Position numbers and translations under genes: made by a program
Shown here: positions 52,747 through 64,000 of the stretch, in pieces
Layout of the letters: each line of letters begins with the position of its first letter
Numbering within the stretch: the first letter of the stretch is position 1
The notes under the pieces: model-generated
What the model saw: only the letters and a program-made list of their open reading frames with translations
Told to the model about the DNA's origin: nothing
The model's database searches: none
Source: the human T2T-CHM13v2.0 reference genome, Homo sapiens
Reading direction: 5' to 3' (one strand)
NCBI RefSeq assembly: GCF_009914755.1
Contig: NC_060929.1
DNA: 64,000 nucleotides

Positions 52747-55700
52747 ATAGGGGACTATTTAAGTAAATTGTGGTTGATAAATATTTATTAACCATGAATC
52801 TATTAAAATAAATGAGGCTAATATGTGCTGATATAGAAAAATCCCCCTAATATTTTAATTTCAAAAAGCAAGATACAAAATAGAGTGTATATAGTATGTT
52901 ACTATTTATATAAAATACAAATAGGTGCTGAGTATCTTTCCAGATACTCAAAAACCCAGCAGAAGTGGTTGTCTCTGAGAAGAGGAAAGGAGAGCACACA
53001 AGTTTGGGTGTTAGGCGTTTTTTACTGTTTTATTTATTTTTTAACCAAGTGCATGAATTATCTGGAAATAGATGAATAAATATTAAAAGCAATAATGAAA
53101 GCCTAAATTAATCCAGTGGTGAGGGGATCTGAAAAAAAGAGTAAATTTGAGGAATGAAGCAGAAGACAGATTGATAAGATTGGATAGTTTATAAATATGG
53201 AGAATGATGTAGTCAGAAGTTAACCATAATGTAAGTTCCATGAGGGCAAGAATTTTTATCTCTTTTGTTTTTTGATAGTAGATATTGACTGAATAAAATA
53301 TCAATCCTTATTATGTTAAAAATTGTCCTTTGTGATTGGCATGTTTAGAAATAGATAATGGCTTTTGTTTTCTACATAGTAAAATTTCAATAAAATGATT
53401 ATTTTTGTTTTGGCATATGTGGCACTTTTAGCTCCTGGTAACTACTTAATAACACTATATTTAAAAAAATAAAATTAGACCATGGAAATATGGAATTAAA
53501 CTAATGGTTTGGAGTTTACCAGATATTAAATGGTAGGGACTTAAAGATCAACTGATGGCTATCTAGAAAAATGTAAGCTGCTTTAGAATTCAAAAATGAC
53601 TTTATACAAAACAATTTTGCCTTTAAGGCATAATGCCTTTATATAAATCTATTCCTGAATTTTGTTTAGAGTGTTTTGTTTAGAAGTATCCAAACAATAA
53701 CACTCATCTATCTCAAGTTATTAATTACTTTGCCAAATACATAGATCTAAGGTTTGATTCCTTTCTCTTCCCTTGTGATTTGTTGGAATTTTGCATTGAT
53801 ATAAATAAATAGCATCGCCTATAAGAATGATTGCCCTTCTTTCTCTTGAGAATTTTGAAGAGAAAGACTTTTCAACCATGTAAACCAATGGTAGTTCTAT
53901 TATGTGTCATAGGACAATTTGTAATTTCTCAAAAGTTAAGGGAAGAATAAATTGCTTGGCGTGGGGGAGGGGGTCCTCTTTACACATAAGCAGCCAGTTC
54001 TATCTTCACGTAAAAGTGGAAGAGGTGCTAAGCCCTCATGTAACATGATGAGGCAAAGTGGATCACCTTTCTTCTTCACAGGCAAAAGTAGCCCAGTGAC
54101 CCAGAAAGGGATATGGCAGGCATCCCCAGTAGCAGAGCTCTGCATCCCAGCAACTATGTTATGAGCATAGGTGCAGACCAAAGCCTGTAAGTGCTGTCTG
54201 GGCTAAAACCTAGAGGCTTTAACATTTTATGCTGCTACTTGTAACTCAGACTCCCCTCTCTGGTCCAGAAACTTTCTAATCAATGCCTGGTCCTGCATGG
54301 CTCATAACATTTTCTGGACAGTTCACATACCATGTAACCAGTATGCTGGCATCTTTTGTGGATTCTATGCTGAAACCTTTTTCCCTGACCCTTCTACTTT
54401 CAGATTATTTCTGCTTTCCTGGCACCTGACCTAACTCATAACTTTTTTCTTGTCTTTGGCATCCCTTTTCCACCATAATTTATATGCACTCCTTTACTTA
54501 TGGGCTTCTGACTGCTTAGGAAAACATTTCACCTTGCCCTGTTTGGCATCTAACTCCTCTCAGGCTTCTGCAGGCAATACCTTGCAGCATACCCTGACCC
54601 CTTAAATGGAATCTAGACAAGTAAATAGGATATTTCAAGAGGAATATCCTGGAAATCATACAATTGGTCACCTTCAGCATTGTGAGAAATGACACTGTCA
54701 ACTTGTCACTGCATGTGTCAGTGTTATATGTATTCTGTCCTCAAAAGTTAGATCTCATTTCAATTAATTGTAAGAAACTGTCAACATTCTTTTCCAACAC
54801 TGGATGTGTGTTGTGTTGAACAAGGCTGGGCTGTTTAAAATCTAAATTGCTTTTATAAAGTCAAAAATTCAATATTTTTAAATTTTACTTGTAGGTTGAC
54901 TTAATTATTTCATACATATACCACATAATAATTATAGTGATATCAGACAGTTGATTTTTTTAGTTGCTTTCTTTTGTGTGAGAACAGGGAGAAATTCCAG
55001 CATTTCAGTCAGAGATTTGGGCAGAAACTCCCATTGTGTAATCCCTTCTGTTACAATAGCCACAGGAGCCAAATATATCATCTCTTCAAGCTTCTGGAAA
55101 CTTTCATTCAGACATGTGATCAAGACTGTGTTCATCTGAAATTATTCTTGAGAAATATAGGGACATCAAACAATCATTCATGGTGATGTACTGGAGAGTT
55201 TCTCTTCAAAGATGAGGCAATTCTCCTCATGCTCTATCCTCCTCTAAACTCATTTCTCCAAACTTGTAAAGAGAACAAAGTCTCGGGTGCTTTGGGGAAG
55301 ATTATAAGATCATACACAAAAGGAAAAGTCCAATGTGACAAAATATTTGCATGACTAGGAGGCATCTCAGACATCCCGTTTTGCATCGACATACTTCTTC
55401 ACCCCTTTGTATAGCAGCAACTATGCTACCTTGGATAGACAGATTCAACTCTCCTAAGCATCATTATAACCAGGGACTCATTAGTCTACAGGGTGTTTTT
55501 ATGCAAATTAGGAAAAGATGCCCCTTTTTTCAAGACACTTCATTGATATCTGTCAGAAAATTATTATACTAATTTTATTAGAATAAGACATTTTACTGTC
55601 TTAAGCCAAACAAGTCATAATATATATGAAAATACAAGATTCCAGAATGTAAACAGCACACTTTATGTAAGACTTGACTGTACTCCCTTCTTGGCCTGTT

Positions 55701-55920
55701 TCTCGATAGCACAAGGAATCAAATAGCTAGGTGGAGGTTGTTTCTTCTAATTCAATGGAACCATAATTTTTTATATCTGGAGTAGGAAACCATTGAGTAT
55801 CAAGAATTCTAAATCAGCAAACCCTAAGAAAGGAAGGAACAAAGGATCATTAGTTTAATAGTAAGAGGTGTCACCCTCTGTTTCACCCATTGGTTCTTGG
55901 ACCCATATAGTGTTGCTATA

Positions 55921-56284
55921 GGCTATGGTTTGAGTGTTTGTGTCCTTCCAAAATTCATATGTTGAAACCTAACCCCAAAGTAATGATATTAAGACATGGA
56001 GCCTTTGGGAGGTGATCAGATCATGAAAGTTCTGTCCTCATGAATGGGATTAGTACCCTTATAAAAGAGGTTAAAGACAGCTGCCTTGACCCCTTTTCTG
56101 CCATGTGAGAATATAGAAAGAAGGCACCATCTATGAAGCAGAGTAAGCCCTCGCCAGACATTGAATCTGCTGGCACTTTAATCTTGGACTTCCCAGTCTC
56201 CAGAACTGTGAGAAATAAATTTCTGTTGTTTTTAAATTACCCATTTGAAGTATTTTGCTATAGCAGCCCAAACTGACTAAGACA
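55921..56284 (+). mobile_element. MaLR LTR (MSTD/MLT1A-like) nested in the ERVL internal region
   Basis: CTATGGTTTGAGTGTTTGTGTCC...ATGAATGGGATTAGTACCCTTATAAAAGAG...GCAGCCCAAACTGACTAAGACA. Confidence 0.9.
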
Positions 56285-58660
56285 CGATAGAAGAAAGAGA
56301 ACCAAATATTTGTCTATGGTTCAGAGCACTTACTGCATCTACAGAATAGCACTCTAGATTGGTAAGATATTGTTTTCTGAACTACGTAATTGAATGTTCA
56401 ATAGGCATTCTGCCATTCTATAAAGGTAAACTGCTTTCAAGTGATGGGGCATATAAAAACTGTGATTCCACGGAGATCAGTGTATTGCCTTATTTCACTA
56501 AAAGGTAAATAGATGAAAAGAAGAAAGAGAGGTTGTTAATGAATAAAGTGTTTATTAAATGGTGGTACAGATGTATGGCAATCATTTAAATTCAAGTCCA
56601 AAATAAATGTCTATTCCAACGATGATAAAAACTGTCCCTCCATGAAGAAATATAATCAGCCTGATACCAAGTGCCTTTCTGGTCCCCTAGAATTGAGTAC
56701 CACCTCAGAGGCTTATCATATTGGACACTCAGCAGTGGCAATAGCCAGGCCAGCCTTGATGAGGGGAAGCCCATATAGTTGAGTCCATGTATAGGTTATG
56801 TTTTCTCAGGGTAACAACTTTTTTTCATGAGCTTATCAAGAAAACACAAGAGTATCCCAGGGAATGTCCATTTTTAATGCAAATCTCTCTAACTTAGCCT
56901 GTACCAGGACCCAATAGCAAACAAAAGCTGTTTCTCAAAAGGGGAATTATTGTTTGGCAAAGTGGATGTGCTTATGTTCAAACACCCCAGGGGCATCTGC
57001 TGTGATTTTTTAATTGGAATTTCCACAGGGTTTAGAGAGCATTTCAATCAGTTACAAAATCTTCGAGTCCTGTTGTATTCAGTAGGTCAAAAAAGCCAAG
57101 TAAAGCTGCCTGCAGTGAAGCTTGGACTATCTAGCCTTTTCTAGTCCCAGGTCCCAGCCCAATCTTGCAGTCATTTACGTCACCGTGTAAATGAATCGAA
57201 GAAGCACACCCATATTATCGGTTGCTTTCCAAATCCAAGGAAGCCTGTAAAGTGTTATGTTTCCTTCTTCAATGGTATCAGGTGCGAGGTGCAGTAACTT
57301 ATTCTTCATTTTGGAAAGGATATCCTTATGTGCTTCAGACAGGTGAGAGCCCCTGTAAATCACTGCTACATTTTATTTCTGGGTTTTATGGGCATGATAC
57401 AATAATGTAGTTTACTAGCATGATGCCCTATGGAATGGTGACACAATCAAGTACTCTGTGGACCTAATTGTAGCACAGAGCTCAAGAACTATAATCCCGA
57501 GACAAGAAAAGTAAACTATGGTTTCCAAAAAGTAAAAATAAACTTCTTTTGAGATTCTCTATTTTTTGAAATAACATTTGTCAGATTAATAGATGCAAAC
57601 CAAAAATTGTTTTTATTTGCTCCAGTAAAGAAACTATATCTGGATTGACCACCATGACTCAAGAAGCAGATTAAGTTTGTGATAATCAACTGGACAAGGG
57701 TCTTTGTGAAACATTTTCTGAGTCCCAGGTGAATTCTGCATAAGCTAAATAAGCTACTCCCTGCATCTTTTAAGTCTTCCAAGGTGGCATTTAACTTTGC
57801 ATCTCCTCCCCACCTCTCCTAGCCTTCTCCCCAGAATATGGCTTTTGATTTACTCTTCTGACAGGGAGGGGGAATTCTAAGAGTTTTCTTTGGTCTTTCC
57901 TACCAAAATGGCTAGCGTGGCCATATACTTTCTCATTAAAACCAGGATATTTTTCATAGTAAAAGGGAATACTAATTAATAATTATGCCAAAAACAGATG
58001 CAAACTGCTACTTTGGGGTCAGAAATGCAGTGTGGGGATTTGGTCATCAGCTGAGATTATCTGTACTGATACTACACATTTAGTAATCAGGAATATAATC
58101 ATTATATAGATTCAGGAGCCCACTGGGCCTCCATGGGTCACAACTCTATTCATTACCTGATCTCTTTAAGCCTTCATTCCAACCAGTGAACCACATTGAT
58201 AATCAACCCCCCTCCCCCAGAATTAGCGTTAGCTCAGAGCCAGTGTCCAATCATCCCTGAAAGTCCTGGGTATTTCTCTTTCCTCAGCACACAGTTACTC
58301 TAGGAAACAACTACAATTTCCTTTGTGAATATTTAGAAAGAAAAACATAGAACATACTTGTTATTACAGGGTCCATGCTTAAGTGTATCCAGCCTCCTCT
58401 CAATCTCTGGAGATGTCTATATGTCGACTCAGGTTTGAGAAGTAGATGAAGAGCTGTGATTGTTGTGATAGCTCAAGGCAGGCTCTCCAAACTTCAAGGC
58501 CATGTTTGTTGTATTAATCAAAAAGGTCCTCTAGGGACTCTAATTACAGGCCTGGAGACAATCAAGGTTGGTGGATTCAGGCACCTGGCCTCAGATTTCC
58601 CTTGTTTGAAAACGTCCTCAGGTAAGGCCATTAGAAGTTTTTCAAGAAATTCAGGAATAG

Positions 58661-59126
<466 letters not shown>

Positions 59127-60604
59127 TAATTGACATTATTCAACAGCCCACTGATCAAATTTTGAGTTTTATTTTTGGCCATTTTATCCTAGCAATCTGA
59201 AGACATAAAATATTTTGTGTGTTGATCTGCTCTTTTTTGTTTTTTTAAGCACTGCCACAGAAGTCTGTTGCCATTCACCAACTTCAAGCTGACACCAACT
59301 GAAGCAGCTACTATATCCAATTTTCATTGATCTCCTCACCCTAGGATTTATCATCCACAGCAAAAATAATGAGCATAAAATATCCAGGAGAAACTGGATA
59401 CACAATCACTCTACTCATGTGCTTTATATGGTCTATGGCATTAGCCATGAGATTGCCCAAGAAGTCTTATCTTTAATGGGTATTCATTCTGGGTGAACAG
59501 AGGTGATAACTCAATTAAATGTGAACGACTAGGCTGCCAAAGTAGCATACCTTAACACTGGCTTAATTTTATTGTCTTTAAGCCTAAGCATACCAGGCAA
59601 CCAATCCCAGATTCCTTGCATTTTGATCAGGGTCTGTTCCTAGAAGTTTCCTACGCCCAGTTAACAATTTCCAATCAGTTAGAATTCTTATTATCAAATG
59701 ATACCTGACAAAACGTATTGGACCCTGGATCTCGCTATTTACTGCATAGGATGGCATATGTTGCAGCGTCTGGAAAATCCAATGTGGGGCCATCTAGTTC
59801 AATGGTGTCTGATACCAACAGCAGATCTACCAGGGAGACTGCACATCTCTCTTTAGTTATATTTTTGACATCTAATTGTTATCATGGGTTCTAATGGGCA
59901 GTAGCTTATTCAAAAAAAAAATTACCCCAAGTATTTGCTTTCTACATTAATGAGCACATACTAGTCATTTAAATGGGTGTTTTGTTCAAGGTAATGTATT
60001 TGTGTAATTTGCAGAGTTAATTGTGTTGTTTAGAGCTAAGCCTTTCTTTTAAAACCCAGAATAAATGAGCTGTTCCAGTGTATGTGGAAAGAGAATACAG
60101 TGCCAGTGAAATGGCAAACATGGCAAAAGCAATCATTTTTATGCTTTGGAGAAGTGAACTAAAACCAATCCTCTAACTCTAGGACACAATTTTGTCTTAT
60201 CAGTAAGTGAAGTGTTAGATTGGGTGAACTACAAGGTTACTTCTATTATTTCTATGAAATGCCAGCATGGGAAAATACCTGAATAATGACATATTACTTA
60301 ATGTTAGAAAAGGATAGTATTATAGTTAACTAAAATGTACACACGAACAAAGCTTAAGGTGTTTGTTTTTGTTTTTCCTACTAGCAAGAGAAATGGGACA
60401 GAGGGGAAAAAGGCTATTGGGTTCATTCCATGCTTTGGCAAAAGGAAATTAGTGTAGGAGTAGCTCAGAAAATCATTCTGTACCATTCTGGAAGATTCTG
60501 CAAAGAAGGGCTTAAACAAATATGCTGGGATACAGGGAGACTGTCTATGTGGACACCGCAGATTTTAGTTTGGTTGTGGTGCCGTTGACTCTCTCCTTTT
60601 ATAA

Positions 60605-61082
<478 letters not shown>

Positions 61083-63834
61083 TTATATCACTATTTTGAA
61101 AAGTCCTTTGAAAAATATTTAAATGACCCATCTTTGTACTTTTAATGTAGAATAATTGTGGCTTTACCTTGGACTTAACACTTGTCGGATAGTAGATGTT
61201 CCCCAGAAAATATGTTTTCAAGAAGATGCTGAAGGAAAGAAATATTTAAAAGCCGGTGTCTTATAACCACTGTTGTGATTTAGAGGCAGACACAGTTCAT
61301 CTACCATGTTAGCTTTTTGTACGTATGTGACTCCTTGATTTGATTAATGACAATTTTACAAAGCATAGACTAGTCATTTTATGGACTTGTTCAAAGTAAC
61401 TGAAATTACATTGATCAAATATGACACTATAATTGATGTTTCTTTATTTGGAATCTAGTTTTCACAGTTGAAATTTGGGCTTTGATGTTTTCCTGTGAAT
61501 TACTCAACATAGCCCTCAACATGTTCAATTTTGTAAGAAATCATTGTCCTCCACTTCTGGAATGAATTTCCCCAGGGCTTCTGTAATGGTCTGTTTTAAT
61601 GCATGATAGTTTTAAAATTTTCCAATTTGATCAATTCTTTTTAAATTTGAATGAGATTCTGCTTTTCCTCATGTACTCAGATAATGCTATTGACTCACAG
61701 TCAGTAGGGCATGCACTTTGAGTAGGTTTTGCAGTAATGGTGATGTGAATCCATCCAGATCCAGACTCTCTTGGCCACTTCTCTGTGTCACTACAGATGC
61801 TCTTAGCTAGGATATGCATGTGGTCTTTAGCTGTGGAGCACAGTGAAACCAGGAATTTCACACTAGGCCTAATCTCAGCCTGGGTCACCATGGTACCACC
61901 TTCTGACTAGCAGAATGAACTACCAGTAGACAGTTATTTTCATCCCTGAAGTATATACAGGCTTTCACTTTCTTGTTTCCTCTTGCCATTTTCTTAGGTT
62001 TGAATTATTTCATTTGCTAATATTTCCTAGCTTAGGCTGAGTTTCAAGCCAAGGACATTACTGCAAGAGTAGCAAGAAGAGAAAATCAATACCATATTGA
62101 TTGCCAGTAAAAATGGCTATGAATAACTTCAGTTACCTCTTTGTAGTTTAAGGCTCATTGTTTTATCTTCACCATTTGTGGCTCTTTGAGTTTTTATAAT
62201 GAAAATATTGAGATTGAGTCAAAGACCTGGAAAAAAATTTGTATCTATACAAGTTTGTAAATTCCTAAATGATGTGCTTTAAGAAAAAAGAAACCTTTGG
62301 ACATGGAGCTAAAAAGAATTATTTTCTGCTTTAGCTTTTTAATAAGAAAATGATCATTTTCTTGGTCACATTTCTAATAAAGTGGTTATGTTTAGCCTGA
62401 TCTAATTTAGGTATATATCTTTACCTGTCCACAATCTTTTCACTCAATTTCAGTACATCAAAAATATATTGTTTGTGTGATAATGTATTTGTTTTAGATC
62501 TGACATTTCTTTCCAACATTGAATATAAAGACAATATTTAACCTATTAACATAGAAATATTTTAAATTGTAGAGAAATCAGAGAATTAGGTCATGCTTTA
62601 AGTATTTTGGAGCTTAGGAAAATGTTTTCATTAGCTGTCAGAATGTAGGGTTGGAGAAGGTTAGGATGGAAGAATCTGCCTGGCTTGGCAGAGTTCTGGA
62701 GAAACATGATTCTGCAGATAGAGGGCAGCTCTTTGGGGTTCCCCAAATTGTGGACTTGGGGACATTGATTCTAACTCTACCTTTGGGAAGGCTGCTTCTG
62801 AAAAGAACCAGAATCTTGCTATCATTTTTAACATTGATACTTTGGTTCTTATCAACAGAAATCACCTTAGCTAATTTAAAGAAAACAAATACATTGGATG
62901 GATATGGATAGTTCCAAAATCCAGGAAATAATGAAGACCCAGACTTCAGCAAGGATAGGAACTAGACAGCTTGGCAACTAGGTGTTCATTGAAGTCCAGA
63001 ATTAGGAATAAAATAGCATCAATTATTTTCCATGCTGTCCTTCCTTACTCGGAGATTAACATTCTGGGAGGGAGAGAATTGATCTAGCTAGGGTCCGAGG
63101 TCTAGGGTGGGCAAGAATCTTTGGCAACCACTATGCCTTTATGGTAAATGAGGAGGAGTCTCAAAAGCAAACTAGGAAACTATCTGTTACCGGAGGAAGG
63201 GCAGGAAAAAAAACAAAACAAAACAGATATCCCCTATAGGCAGTATTTTTTCACCCTAACATTTTAGGATTAGTGTAGTCATTGTCCCAATATCTTCTTC
63301 TCTCCATAATCTTATAGTGTTTTCACAACCTTTTCATTATAGGCTTGCCCCTTAATATTTTTTTTTTAACTCCAGTCCAGCTTTGAGAGGACTGTGCATT
63401 GAGACGCTCTTACTTTGGTCAGGCTATGCATTATGGTTTAGTTCTAGCATAGGTTCTGTATTGTTCTTGAGATTCAATTTCCTTGTTTCTGAGACTCCAG
63501 TTCTAGTGACCAGGACCTTGTCTTATTTCCTGGATCTGAAGTTGGAATGAAATACTGCTTTGCTTCTTGCTAGTCCCTCATCCCTACCAAAGGCTTGGGT
63601 GCTTTTCTGAACTTCCAATCTGTGCTTGGTGCCCTGTTCTTTGCTGTTAAAAACCCTGGAGCTCTCTGCCTGACCTCTTGTGGATTTCCCAGCACTGTGC
63701 TTCTATGAAAATACTTTTAACATTCCTGGTGGGATCTGGCCAATGCCAACTAATTGTCTGCCAAATTCTCGCTCTCTCTGTTTTAAATTCGCAAACATCT
63801 CTTTATACAGTCCTGGCTTATCCAACATCCCCAT

Positions 63835-64000
63835 TTAATTTTATTTTAAAAATTGTTTTAGTAAATATTGAATAGGCATAAAATCCCAATGATAACACAT
63901 GTAATGTTTTAAGAAATATCAAATAATAATCTCCAGTGTACCCATCACCACCCAGTTTAAGAAACAGGATGCCATGTCATTCTTACTTAAAGTAACTGCC
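63835..64000 (-). mobile_element. Old L1ME-like 3' fragment
   Basis: CCAGTGTACCCATCACCACCCAGTTTAAGAAACAGGA. Confidence 0.5.

Noticed and set aside
59809-59820. TGGTATCAGA (minus) as a tRNA-Met primer binding site of a Gypsy element
   Set aside because: Only ~10 nt match, and adjacent coding remnants are ERVL-like; probably chance.
62714-62727. CTCF-like AGAGGGCAG
   Set aside because: The 5' half has three mismatches to consensus; too weak.

Overview
Primate (very likely human) genomic DNA, not prokaryotic. The first ~2.5 kb hold a CpG-island promoter and the first coding exon of CEP120 on the minus strand (MVSKSDQLLIVVSILE-G|GTGAG); the rest of that gene lies left of the window. The remaining ~62 kb is repeat-rich intergenic DNA upstream of CEP120. 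It contains ~18 Alus, a CpG-rich solo LTR12C (ERV9), MaLR/ERVL/ERV1 LTRs, a Tigger3b, a 5'-truncated L1PA with RT-domain remnants, a short L1PA with an apparent mini 3' transduction, older L1M/L2/MIR fragments, a full-length HMGB3 processed pseudogene and a decayed ERVL-type gag-pro-pol internal region. No second intact protein-coding gene, structural RNA gene or CRISPR array is visible, and I found no evidence of a wholly new biological system. The best leads are regulatory or evolutionary: CEP120 5'UTR architecture, the LTR12C latent promoter, the L1 transduction and the HMGB3 retrocopy history. Gene and repeat names come from my recall of the sequences, not from a search, and boundaries of old repeats are approximate.
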